This document shows positions 1-13,054 of a stretch of 64,000 nt of DNA, piece after piece. A program made the position numbers and the translations under genes. Every line of letters begins with the position of its first letter. Position 1 is the stretch's first letter. The stretch spans positions 558,001 through 622,000 of the forward strand of contig JAQGDQ010000018.1 of assembly GCA_030141605.1 (NCBI GenBank), written 5' to 3'. The notes below the pieces were generated by a model. That model searched no databases. It was not told the origin of the DNA and worked only from the letters and a program-made list of their open reading frames with translations. The DNA comes from Tubiluchus corallicola (taxonomy: Eukaryota > Animalia > Priapulida).

Positions 1-434
1 ATTTACCACTTATTAAAATATTTTTATTTTTGCATGTCTGCAGTAAATATAGCTTATACGGCAAGTCAGTTTTAAACAAATGCCCTTTTTAGTTGATGCC
101 TTTTCGAAAGTCTGCACATATCATTGTAAATAGCCCAATAAGGAAAAAAGTGATCGCTGCAATCCCAACATATATAATCTAGCAGAACGGTGAAAAACCT
201 GTTCGTTTTGCCTAAAAGTTATGAAATTTTACACAATACTAGAACCCATCAAAGTGATTATTCTGGAGAGGAGGCCAATCGAAAATCACCAAATATGGCT
301 ACCATTTTCAAGATGGCCGAAGAGATGACTGTCTGTAGCTATAAAGGCCATATCATAAGCCATACGAAATTGTCCATAACAGCCCTGTCAGTATTTTACG
401 CCAATATTGGTTGCAACCAAATTTACAGAGACAT

Positions 435-835
435 GAAAAAATGGCTTGGAATACATTGCAAGTGATGTGTCAACACTGCTAGAGCTGAGCTGTCTGAGCA
501 ACTGACTGAACGTATGCCTGTGTTTTGATGTATGCCTATATGACAAAGCTAGTATACTGATGTCAGTTGACAAAGCACCCAAAGACTTGTTCACAAGAAA
601 GAGAAGGTCAATTGGAGCACATCTGACATGTAATATATCAGACAGGATAATTGGTAATTTTGTGATTTTAATGTATTTGTTAGAACAGGACTGCCTCAAC
701 CTTACCATCACCATTTGACTGGGGATGGAAAAAGTCCACTAGTAACACATGGGAGCCAGGGCAGATGTAAATCCGAGCAAGTCCTGATTGTACAACTGTT
801 CGAGCAAATGTGGTGGTGAATGTGGCAAAATTAAT
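435..835 (+). mobile_element. Degenerate DNA-transposon ORF relic, Academ(X)-like C-terminal region
   Basis: Frameshifted translation gives KMAWNTLQ, LYDKAS..SVDKAPKDLFTRKRRSI, LPSPFDWGWKKS..TWEP and GRCK....CT....CGGEC. This is the motif order I recall for the XPG-adjacent and Cys-rich end of Academ-type proteins. Stops and frameshifts are present; element ends not defined. Confidence 0.55.
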
Positions 836-2939
836 TTTTTCTAATTTTAACTACAAACTCTGACTTGAATAGTTTGTTTCTTACTGCAGTTGAAAATTGC
901 TTTCTTACTACCCTATACTGAATGTGTATACACGAGACTGCTGATATTGTTACACTTCAATATGCACAATATTAATACTACCTTAAATGCTTGATCTTAA
1001 AAAATTATATCTAGCTGCAAAAATCATCACCCTATCTCCATTACAACATGTAGTATAGCTAATGAGTGGATGCACATTACAGAAGTGGATGCAGCTATCT
1101 TGGCAATCTTCTTGAGGTCCTAATTAGATGCTATCACAGGTGTTTTTGTGGTGGGTTCAGGGGTGGATTTCTTAACCTTTAAAAACTATATTTACATACC
1201 AAAATCAACATGTGATCTGCTCTAACAGTTTAAGATATGGCCTATATATGGCATGACAGCCATCTAGTTGGTGATCTCGAAAACGACAATCATTGTATTC
1301 ATTGGAGGATTTTTGAATGACCCCATATCCAAAATTAATGCTTGATGGGTTTTGGCATTGTGCAAAAGTTTCATAACCCTGAGACAAAATGAGCAATTTA
1401 CCGTTCTGCCGGACTATATGTCGGGGACTTGGTGGCCATTTTGCTTTTTGCATCCTTTTTGAAGTCCAGAAGTTTTTTATTTTTCACAAAGTCAAATTGA
1501 TAAAAATAATTTGTTTTTTTGTTGCTTTTACAATAAATCTTTCAGTGAAAATTGTATAATCAGCATAATGTCATTTTGTGGCAGCCCTTATGAAAATAGC
1601 CGCCATTTTGACACAATGGTAATACAAATGGATTTCTTAGGTGTCCAACTACCTTGTGGACTAGAGGTTATAATCACATCTTAGTGTTAATTTTCTGGGA
1701 TTCCTTTTTTTGATTATTATTGTTTACTCAATAATTTGGGGGACATCTTGTTTTTTTGCATTTTGATCTTAATTACTAATTTTTCAAGTTGACAACGGTT
1801 TTTCTGGATTCAGTATAGTAAAATTTATGACTATGTTTGCCCACTTTTAGCAAAAAATGCCCTAGAAGAAGCACTTTCAAGATTTTCTTCTAGTCTAAAT
1901 TTAGCGTTTTACCTGGAACTAGTTCTGCTCAAGATGTTCGATCTGTGCGATACTCATACCTCCAAGCTTGGCCTTTTGCTTATACTGCCCCCAGAATTAG
2001 GGCTTGATTCTTACCGGAGTGATGTGTAGTACCCCAGGGATATGTGAAGGGACAACATAGAACAATTTACATTTGAATGTAGTATGTCCTTGCTCATCAT
2101 TTTGTGAGGAACTACTATGAGCTAAGTAAAATTTCGCATTTTCTTAATATGCAGCAACTTTTGTGCTTGTACACCAATTTTGATGACTTTAATCTTTTAG
2201 CATTTTTAGTACTAACCTCTTCAAGATGCTTGCAATTTACAAGGTATTTACGTGTATATTTTTGGGACACACCGATCTGCAATTAAAACACTCTTATCCA
2301 AAAACTGTAAAGAATTCAGCTAAATAACTTTGCATTTCTCCATCATATTCATAAAGGATCACTCTCACTAGATTTTAAAGTAAGACCAGGTGATTGTTTA
2401 GACTCAATCTCGTTTTAATTTACTGTCCAAAATATACATTTTCTTGCCTACAAAAGTTAACAATTGTTCCTTATATTTGAATAATTAGCTTAGAAAGTTA
2501 ATTAATGGCAACCGAACACAATTATTTCTTACGTCAGAAACTAACCACAGTTTGTGCAATGGCAGGCGTCTTCCCTTGCGTGTCAAGCACATTTGCATAG
2601 GTGTTACAGCACTGCTTAAACACATGATGTCACAAAAAATGGCGTCATGAAACTAACACAGCAATTCACGATCATGGTTATCACGGTACCACCTTCTATT
2701 TGTCGGCCACACGCAAAAAAAGCGCTGCTGCCAATCTTAGTACATTCACTGAGCCGCGCATGGCTTTGAAAGTTTAACGAAATGTGAGTATCCGAGGTAC
2801 TTATTATTTAATCTAAGCTTTGACTTAAAATAAGCTATTGTAGTTTTCAATATTTTAGAGCAATCTTTATTCTGAACTCGTGTTTACACAATCATCCGGT
2901 GTTCCCCTAAGTAAAATCTGAGATAGTGAGGTGGGAAGT

Positions 2940-3200
2940 ATTGGATGATTTTGCAATGAGTGACACAGAAGCCTTTGAAATGTGGTATTACAGAGTTTGG
3001 ATGCCTTAGCTGTAAAAGGAAAATCACAACTGAGAAAGTGTTAGACATGGCAGAGGAAATGAAGTTGAAGGATATCATCAAAAACCAGAAAGCTGAATAC
3101 CGTGGACATGTTTTAAGGCACAGCATACTGTCAGATGCAGTGATTGCTGGAAAGAAAGCTCGTATGAAAAATTAGGGGAAGACAGCAGACGTCGCGGATT
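2940..3200 (+). mobile_element. Degenerate RTE-clade LINE 3' fragment
   Basis: EAFEMWYY from 2968, then after a frameshift KITTEKVL..IIKNQKAEYRGHVLRH..VIAGK, matching the post-RT region of RTE elements. Confidence 0.6.
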
Positions 3201-6200
3201 GGTCAATTGGGATCAGTTACTGGACTAAGAGTAAGAAAGCCATCATCAGTAAGAGTAAAAACAAAAATGAATGACATCAAACAATCTCCAATGCACAAAA
3301 TTATAAAAATAATAACAATAAAGTATAAAATGTTACTGTATTTAATATGGTATGCCTGATGTTGAGAGACTCAAGAGTAACATCATAGCTTCTTGAATCA
3401 TTGAATCAGTTTACTAAAATAAAACAGAGATTAACCTAATGCCTGAAAAGTCACAAAGCAGTAATCAAATTTTGAATGAATACTTTCTTGACATGGAATT
3501 AGCAGAATGTCAACTAAAAAAAATTAATACAGACACATATACAGAACATGTAGCCAAAATAGTCACTTGTAAATATACTATCGACAATACCTATAGCTGA
3601 GGATAAGTAAAAAAAAGAAAAACCATGAAAATACTGGTACAAACTAGCAAAGCAAAATTGTGTGTATGTGTGTGGAAATCAAAAGGCATTCAAAGGAAAA
3701 TTGACAATGATGATGTGCCAGCCATGATCTTCATGGGACAAGTGATGAGTCTAGTGACATTGACAATTAAGACAACTGATGACATTAAACCAATCACAAT
3801 AAATTGCATCAGTGTTTCATCTAGCTTTATGTTAGTTAGCATACTTAAGGTAATGGTATGAAAGCAGCACACTAACTACGAAATAAAAGTAGCTCTAAAG
3901 TGATTAATTCTGGCTGATTTCAAAGCCATGACGTAAGTTGCCCTGCAAAGGTCAGTTACTGTTAGAGCTAATATTCAGATCGCAAATTAGTGCATTTGGG
4001 GTTGTAATACTTTGTCTCACCAACAGTATTTACACAGTATTTTCAAATGTAACATATACCAGCTATAATAAAAGTTCTGGCTAACAATATTACAGGCAGG
4101 GGTTAAGGGCAGAATCGGGTTTTGGGTCGGGATCAGCAGTTTGGGATTGGAGTTCAGGATTCTAATTGAGTTCAGAATTTTTCAGGGTTCAGGATCAGGT
4201 GGTTGGGTCAATGTTCGGATCAGAAAGAAAGAATTGGTTCAGGGTTCCCGATCCCAAACCATACATATAATCATCACTAAATGGAGCAGTCAAATTCCAC
4301 AATTGTAGCTCCTATTAATTAGATGCCTCTAAAATCCTAGATGAAAAAAATGTTATCTAGGCTATGCGCAGATTCCATCCACACTGTCTGGCTCTACGCC
4401 AGCTAGAAATGGCTTAATTGCCTTATAATTCTGTGAATGATAAACAGTTGATAAACCCATTAATTGTGGGTTCATATCATCAATAATAATAATCTTTTAA
4501 GACACTAAAATTACAATAATTAATTGATAAAACAGTTGTTTACTGTCCATCTGCTAGTAGAATTATGTGTATTCCCTCTTTCTTTCTGTGATATCTGTGT
4601 AAACAAAACTTGCTCTGAAGTGCATACTTCTCTATGCTATGAAAATATAAGCATAATGATAATCTTCAGCTCTGAAGTTAAACTGTTAGAAACAATGATT
4701 GTGCATTAACGAACTAAAAATTGCTTAGCAGATTTTTGATACTAGTAGCAGTAAGACAAGAATCATATATTTCGATATTCAGTGTTTTATATATTTTCAT
4801 AAATTGTTTCAACATTATTAGCAAATCATGCCCATCAAAACAAATTAGTCACACTCAAAAATGGCTGAAAATGCACGCTCCCTCTGTATGTGTTGCAAAA
4901 AGAAAGTCACATGTTTGCCTTGAACATTTTAAAAAATAACAGCTGACAAATGAGATGGGTTAATAAAATCTCAACTAAAAGTATGTTCTCACAAACTTTA
5001 AGCAACGAATAACTTGGTAAGAGTCTCATTTTTCTAGGTATGCTTTAAAAACTTGAAGTAAACGTTATTTTTTCAAACATCACAATATTTTCAACATTGG
5101 GTTCAGGTTTCAGGGTTGTGATGGGAAGCGAGGTCTGGGACCTGTTTCGGGACAAACTGAGTTTGAGCTCGTCTAGCATACTGCATAATTAAAACACATG
5201 CATACAAATGGTAACATCTTTTTAGAATATACCTCATGTAGCTGATTACATAATAATAGTTTAGTGTAAGAACACTATGGCTCTAATTGTGCCCCTCTAT
5301 CATATTGGCTACATCCTACTTGTGATGTAGGCATTACTATTTACTGTTAGCCTCTGCCCAATCTGGGCTTCCCTGTTGCAGTCAGTTGCAACACTACCAC
5401 TTTAAGCTAATGAGTCTGTTGCCATGAAACTTCTTTACTGTTGTCTGTAAAATAGTTTATTTTGGCTAAATCCATGCAGTTCTAGTGTTTCCTGTTAGTG
5501 ACTTTACATTTTGGTACCATGACTTTTCATCTGGACTTGCAGCACAGAGACATTGCTTGTGGACAGTGTTCTTGTTTTTTTTTGTTGGGCTACATCATGT
5601 GTCTGATTAACTTTTTGGACATGGCTGTTTTGACAGAACTCCAATATAGAACTGAAAAGGTTCTAATGATAACAATGATTTTGGCTGATAATTTTATGAT
5701 ATTTATGATTATGAAATTTATCCATGACATTATAATGTGATATTTTATGTACAAGGCAATCTCGCTTGTTGTAAAATCCTCGAGCATTGTTTAGACAGCT
5801 GCAATTTCCTCAATGATACGGATGATGTTTGAAACTGATGTGTTTATCATGATGAGTATCTGTTTGTGGATGCATTGCTGTATTACGCTTCTGTCGATTT
5901 TTTGATGAAGTGATGGCGCTAAAGCCAATCAAAATATTCAGCATGAATATATTATAGTAATGTATGGTACAGGTTCCAGCTTGTGCTAGGACCTACATAA
6001 GTAAACACATACCCTATATGTCATAATTCGTGCAGCTACAGAAAGTCCATTCTAATGTAACTCAGTAAAGGACGATAATTACTAATTTGTTGTAATGAAT
6101 TTGAAAACAAATCGTATGCGGGAAGTGTCAAACAGTGAATCAAATTTTGAATTCTTTATCTACTACAGTGAGAAGAATTCCTTATCTGATACTCACCAAA

Positions 6201-6444
6201 TGTTCTAGCACAGGATATTGATCTTATGCTGGCGCTAACTAAAACTATAAAAATAACAATAATTGCATTCTGAATATTGTTTATGTGAACTGATTGCAGA
6301 AACACGTGTTTACACAAAATTTGTGATCATCTTCTTAATACCGGAAATCTTTTCGCACGAGTGTTGATTTAGGCAAATGTCTTTGCTTTCGCCCTTACCT
6401 CCGGCCTCTGGTCACTAACGCAAATACAAAATCTCCGTCAGTAG

Positions 6445-9197
6445 TATATATATATATATATATAATAATCTTTATTTGCCATTAAAAACATTGATAATTA
6501 CTGATAAAAACTTTACAGAGATAATCAATCAGTGTTAGTTAATAAAAACTTACACTGCTGAAGGCAAATGCGTCAGTGCAATCTAAACTACTGTGCAGTA
6601 ATGACGAATAAAATCAAACATATTTACAACTATACACAAAAAATATAAAAAAAACTATGATTTAATTAATATGGCCGTGGGTATATGAATTCGGAATTAG
6701 TGTGTATGTTGTCGTACTGGTGTGATGGTATTTCATATCTGGTTAATATTAGTGATTTTAATTTTGTTTTAAATGCTGATAGGGACTTGATTTGTTTAAC
6801 CTGTAATGGTAGAGAATTCCAAAGTAGAATTGCTTGTTTGATTACAGAGTTCGTTCCATAGTGGCTATTTGTCCTAATTTGTTTTAGATTGCTTGTTCTG
6901 TAATTAACGATAGGATTTGGAAAAAAAGGTAAATCTGTTATTCTGGAATAGTTTGCTGATGTTGTTAATGTATTTAAATATAAAAAGCAGAGTAAAATAT
7001 TCTTTGTGTGCTTCAATGATTGGGAATTTTAAAGTTTTTCTCAGGTTAGTTGTTGAAGCTTTGAATTTTTGTCTACCTGCCTTGTGTTTGTATGAGTACC
7101 CAGCTATCAATCTCAACGCATAGTTTTGAAGGAGATTTAATTTTAAGTAATTTTCTCTTTTGGTTTTTTGAAGTAGCGTACATCCATATAAGAAGTGTGA
7201 TAGAACTAAAGTTTTATATATTAGTGTTTTAGTTTCCTTTGTTAGTTGCCCTTTAACTTGTCGGAGATACGATGTGCTAGATGCCATTTTTGTGTATATG
7301 TTATTAAAGTGATCATCCCATGAAAGATTATTGTCTACTTGTATGCCCAGGAATTTAACATTGTTAGTTTGTTTGATTACAGCATTATCTATTGTCAAAG
7401 TGGTTGATGATGCATCATTAGTATTTAATGAGGGTGACAGTATCATGAATTCTGTTTTGTCATTATTCATTTTAGCTTGTAATGACTAAATGCCATATTT
7501 ATATTTTTTATATCTTCTTCTAAATAATTTTTTGCAGTTTGGACATTTTCATAGGCTATGTAGATTGTAGTGTCATCAGCGTATTGCGTTATTTGTGAGT
7601 GTTTTAATACACTGGATATGTTGTTTATATATAGGCAAAATAATAACGGACCTAGTAGTGTTCCTTGCGGTATACCTCTGTTTAATGTGGCCCAGTCAGA
7701 AAAGTTGGTTGTATCTAACTTTACTCGTTGTTGTCTATCTTTGAGATAATTTTGTATCAGTTTTAACGATATCGAATCTAATCCGATTTGTTTTAAATTA
7801 TCGTAAAGTAGTTCGTGATTAATGCTATCGAAAGCTTTACTTAAATCCAAAAATGCTGCTAAAATGTATTGCTTGTTGTCTAAACTATGTCTCCAATTTT
7901 CTGTTGTGTGTATTAGGGCGTCAATGGTTGAATGGTGTTTACGGAAGCCAAACTGATGTTTTGATAAAAGTTCATGTTTATTTACATATGAATTTATCTG
8001 ATCATAAATTACCCTTTCCCAAACTTTGCCGAAACAATGGATTACGGAAATTGGGCGATAATTCATGGGATCACATTTTGGATCTTTTTATGGATTGGAG
8101 TCACGTTTGCCATTTTACATACCGTTGGAAATTCGCCTCTCATAATTATCTGATTAGCAATGTAAGTCATATGCGGGGCTATTACAGATGCACTATCTTT
8201 TAGAATTTTGATAGGAATATCTGATGGTCCACTCCCTTTGTTGGAACTTAGGTTATTTAATATGTCGTTAATTTCTCCTACTGTGACGCTTTTGAATGAG
8301 AATACTGTGTTAGACGATTTGTTTTTTAATTTATTAATTATATTATTGCTAATATGAGAAGCCACTCCCTTAAAATTTCCAAGATTCAGGAATATTGCAT
8401 TTAGCGCATTGGCAATATCTTTGGGTTTTGTAATAAAAGTGTTGTTGATCTTAATTTCGTCAACACGCGTTAGTTTGTTACGGCATTTATTTATTACATT
8501 GTTAATAATTTTCCATTTTTCTTTGGTAATTGTTGCATTTTTACATTGTTGTTGTATATGTTTATTTTTCAAGCATTTATTAAGATTATTAAATTGATTT
8601 CTCTTTTTTTTATAATTGTTATGATTGTTTTTAGTTTTGTTCTTTTCCCATATATTATACATTCTGTTTTTCGCTATTCTTAGTTTGTCAAGTTCAGGTG
8701 TTGTCCAGGTACTTTCGTTATTGAGTTTGCTTTGTTGTGGGATTTGCTTTACGTTTTTATATGGTGCATGTACATTAAGGCAATATTCGACATTATATGT
8801 CAGAATATTAACTTGTGTATCTATTTTATCAGTCATATATATGGAGGTCCAGTTCATTTTTGCTAAGTCGATTAAGTATGAATGTTTGTTGTATTGGGCG
8901 TAGTCTCTCATTAAATGCCAGACTGAATTTTGGTTATTATTATGCTGTGGGGTCATTTTATCTACTAATATTGTGAAATGATGATCTGAATAATCACACG
9001 GGAAAGTATCATATGCTACGAAATTATTGTTACTATTCGAAATGAAATGGTCGATTACTGTGGCTGATGTTTTAGAAATTCGAGTAGGTTTATTGTTGTT
9101 AAGTATGTGGACATTATATTGTTTTAAGAGCTCTGTGTATGTTTTGTATGCCAGTGTGTTTGTAGCTAAAATATCAAGGTTGAAATCGCCCATTATA
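6445..9197 (-). mobile_element. 5'-truncated L2/CR1-group non-LTR retrotransposon (end of APE endonuclease plus reverse transcriptase), frameshifted
   Basis: ORFs 9193-8063, 8066-7467, 7470-6904 and 7016-6666 join into one pol: GDFN, PTR, IDH, SDH (APE); NYRPIS, QFGFR, DLSKAFD, PQGTLLGPLLF, YADDT, FLGI (RT); LWNSLP..FKTKLK tail. AATAAA (6471-6476) followed by (TA)n at 6445-6464 marks the 3' end. Confidence 0.92.
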
Positions 9198-9604
9198 GAA
9201 CTTTTTTGGTGACTTGTCGTCAGATGTCACTAGTTTCATCACGCGTACACTTGTTGAGCAAAAATCATAGGCTAAGGTAATCTTAAAAATGCTTTTCGAT
9301 CCTTTTTTGCCATTACTCGCTGTTTGCTTCCTAGCCCTCCGCTGATTGAACGTTTGCATTACGACTGGCTAACTGAGAAACTAATAAAGGATTTATCGCT
9401 TATCAGTATTAACAGAAACATTACTAAGAAAACCTGCAATTACTACACAAATTAAAATTCTCTAGTTCAACGAGTATAGTTTGCGTTATGCTAATGACAT
9501 TGTTCTATTAGTGGCAAACGCAGAAAAAACACTTCCTTCAGTCTGAATCAACGAATGGTGAATATGCTCAATTTGCTCATAGCTATAGTCATAGTCATAG
9601 CTTT

Positions 9605-9732
9605 GTTCATAGCATTAGTGCAGCGTTCACATAACTTACAGAGATTAATTGCCACATCCCCAGACCAGTTCATAGCATTAGTGCAGCATTCACATAACTT
9701 ACAGAGATTAATTGCCACATCCTCAGATCAGT
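9605..9732. repeat. Two-copy 63-bp tandem duplication
   Basis: gttcatagcattagtgcagc...gccacatcc.caga.ca starts at 9605 and again at 9668 with few mismatches. It explains the repeat in ORF 9555..9776. Confidence 0.9.
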
Positions 9733-9816
9733 CCAGGGCAAATCAGATAATGATGGCCAGAAAGAATTTAATTTAAAACGCAATTATTTTTTGCAATCAT
9801 ACCATGCTATAACTCA

Positions 9817-9882
9817 TTATTATTATTACTATTATTATTATTATTAATATTGTTGTTGTTGTTGTTGTTGTTATTGCTATTG

Positions 9883-9913
<31 letters not shown>

Positions 9914-9920
9914 TGTTATT
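9817..9920. repeat. (ATT)n/(GTT)n microsatellite
   Basis: Direct reading of the sequence. Confidence 0.9.
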
Positions 9921-11235
9921 AGAACTATGTTATATAACTGTTGCTATATGAATGTCTGCGCATTAAAATTACTGCGTAGATCTTACTATTATTCTTTTAT
10001 TTCTCACCGTATGGTACAGCCATAATTATGTAGGCCTACATTTGTTAACATGCACAAAAAGTCAAAACATTAGCAAGAGCTAGTATGCACACACGCATGC
10101 ACATTGCACACATACATGCACACCCTCACACACACGCACATGCACGCACGCACACATGCACGCACACACACAACAAAACAATGAAAGAAATTAGTAATCA
10201 TAAAACAAACAATTCATGAAAAAGGTGAAGTACGTAAAAATATCAGTTTTTACTTTTATGCATTTACTTTGGCTGCTATTACTTTCACATGTAATCTTGT
10301 AAACACACATATTACCATATAAACACACACACATATTTAAAAAAAGCACTTAAAGGTAATTCGTACTTTTTCTTAAATTACACTGACCATCAGTTAGTTA
10401 TAAATATAACGTTAATTAATATGATCAATGTCAGAGTTTGAATTTTCTTTAAAAAAATAAGTTTCTTATATCAGTTAAAAAGTTAGTTAGAGAAATACTA
10501 GTAAAAAGTTTAAAAGATGCAAACATAGTGCCACAGTAATAATAGATCAATTTATTCATTAAAACTTTAACACTCTCATTACGTCTACAATTGACTATCT
10601 TCCCTATAGGCTGTGTTCCAGCAAACTTTTAAAACATTTTCTTGCTCACAAGATAATGAGCCAACTTTACGGCGTACAATAGAATTATTGGTAAACAGGT
10701 GTGCATTATCAAAGTTTTAGACATCATTTTGTTACATCTTTCTCTTAGAGATGACAATATCGAATTCAAAAATACGTCAAATTTGCTGTTTTTATTGTAA
10801 TGTCTATTATAGAGCTCTTACCTGATTTTATATTCCTAAATATTCGTTCTCGTCTTTCCGAATCTGTGTTTTACTTTAATATATATCAAAATTACTTTAT
10901 ATTTATCTTTATTTATTTAACGTGGATTAACAAAACAGTTATAAGTGATACGAATCTCAAAACGTGCAGGTGCTAGTGACACTCATTAAAAAACGCATAA
11001 TTCAACAATCAACAGGATTTTCAACGCAAATAACGTTAATTATGCATACATTATAGTAAAGCGGTGTAATATGGACACGCGGGTAATATGGACCCTTTGG
11101 GTCAAATTTAATTTGCTCTCTTACAAGTATTTGCACAGTTAGTCCATAAAAGTTGAAATGTATAATAAGCTGGTAGCTTCAGCTTTTGCAGGCTTGAATA
11201 AGGGGTTCATATTTCCCAATTCAATCTGTGAATGT

Positions 11236-12230
11236 AAGTAAAAATGGCATAGGAAAAATGGCACGGTAAAAATGACACAGAAAAAATGGCACAAGAAACA
11301 TGACACAAATAGAAAATTGGTAAAAATTACACAGGAAAAAAATGGCACACTTAGAAATATATGTAATTACGGTTAGGATTACAGTGGGGTATAATTATTT
11401 TAGCTATTTTTACTTCTGCCATGGAAATTATGTTTCAACACAGTTTGTTTGTTTCGTTGTTTTTTGTCTGTTATGGGAACTTATGGCAATAAGCCTTTTA
11501 CGCAAAAACTATCTAGCAGATTTCCAAGAAACTTTGTGAAGAAAGGTGGGTATAGAAGCGCAAATTTTTTCGTCGATTCTTTATTCGCAGTAATTTGGCA
11601 GAATACCACGTACAAGAAACGTTCGTGAAGCACTTCATGGAGGTCTCGGAGGTAGTCTTTAGTACTTTATTATCTCTCCCAGGACACACAACTACGAGTT
11701 AGTTTCAGGTTCCATTTCGAGAAAATCTAGCTTGTAAAACTGTGTAACGCTGTCTATAATCCTTGCTTATTAATGCGTATAATCGTATAAGGTGACTTGG
11801 TACGTGTATATTTGCCAGTTTATCACCACCGCCAAAATTTTTGTAGATAAATACTATGTGGAACATGCGTGCATTATTGATTATAAATCAATTTAATGAA
11901 CAAATATTTTGCTAGTCTATATAATACCAACACAAGTGCATATTTGTGTGTTTGCTTGTTTATCTTTGTGTTAAATTTTTTGGATCAAATGAATCAGACA
12001 AATAAGATTAGAATTGTTCGGCTTTGGCAGAGATCTGCTTCCTACCGAATGCATTAGCGCATTCTAGTTTCATCATAGAAATCAATCATTATAGAAGGCA
12101 CCAAAATAACACGTGCCATTTTTCCTATTTTTCCATTTGTGCCATTTTTACCTGTGCCATTTTTTCCTGTGCCATTTCTTCGTGTGCCATTTTTACCGTA
12201 CCATTTTTTTCTGTGCAATTTTTACCACGC
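11236..12230. mobile_element. Non-autonomous DNA transposon with inverted arrays of an AAAAATGGCACRG-like subrepeat (foldback/Mutator-like architecture)
   Basis: Tandem aaaaatggcac units at 11236-11350 and reverse-complement gtgccattttt units at 12112-12230; no coding capacity between. Superfamily is inferred. Confidence 0.75.
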
Positions 12231-13054
12231 ATGCACTCGATATCAATTACGCATAAAATATATCACCTGGGCATTAAACATTGCAGTAAATCGTCACAAT
12301 TTAACAATATACGAATTTACATCAAAAGAAACGCAAGCTGTAATCTGCAAAAACAATACAAATGCTGTGCTCATTCTTCAGTTATCAAAGTTACTAGACT
12401 CATTTGGGATGATTCTATAAAATTTTGAGCCATGATAAATAGAAGCTCATTATATAGCAAGATTTCAAAAAAATTATCATAGAATTACATATAGATTTAT
12501 AGCTAAAATTTGCAAATTCCTCCTGACCAATAAAATTCTTACAGAGTAATTCATTTAGGAAAACGTTTCGTTCATTTCCGTAACGTGCACACTCAAAAAG
12601 TAATGCACATAATTTTCAAACGATCTATTGCAAGAACATACTGGACTATCTGTTAGGTAGCAAGTAAACAAATCAGAATGAACTGTGCAAAATTCAAAAT
12701 AAAATTATTTGCACAATTAAAGTTTGGTGACAATGAGCTTAGATTCATACAGCAGTAACAATTCATTAATGTACTGAACTACTCGACAACTTTTAACTTT
12801 TTAACTTTTATTTTCTATTTAACCCACATCTGAAACTCATAATTTGGAAACATTATACCTGGTTTACATACTGATATGGGCTGGGAGACGGATACATAGC
12901 AATACCCACCCAAACGTATGGGCCACCCAAAATGCTTGTCAGTTCCATTCACGGTAATGGACAGTGTGCGTGTGATAATCAGACAGCATGGGAGTCGGGT
13001 ACGATTCCATGTTCATTCAACAAAATATAAATCCTATAATGAGATTTATTTTCT

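Noticed and set aside
4095-5175. GGGTTC/GGGATC-rich patches resembling telomeric or G-quadruplex repeats
   Set aside because: Irregular and short; more likely worn MITE subterminal repeats, and boundaries cannot be defined.
9555-9776. 73-aa ORF with a signal-like N-terminus and an internal repeat (peptide precursor?)
   Set aside because: The repeat is explained by a 63-bp tandem duplication; there are no dibasic cleavage sites flanking the repeats and no other support.
11236-12230. CRISPR-like appearance of short repeated units
   Set aside because: Units are ~13-15 bp, abutting and degenerate, without unique spacers or cas genes, and are inverted at the two ends as in a transposon; the DNA is eukaryotic.
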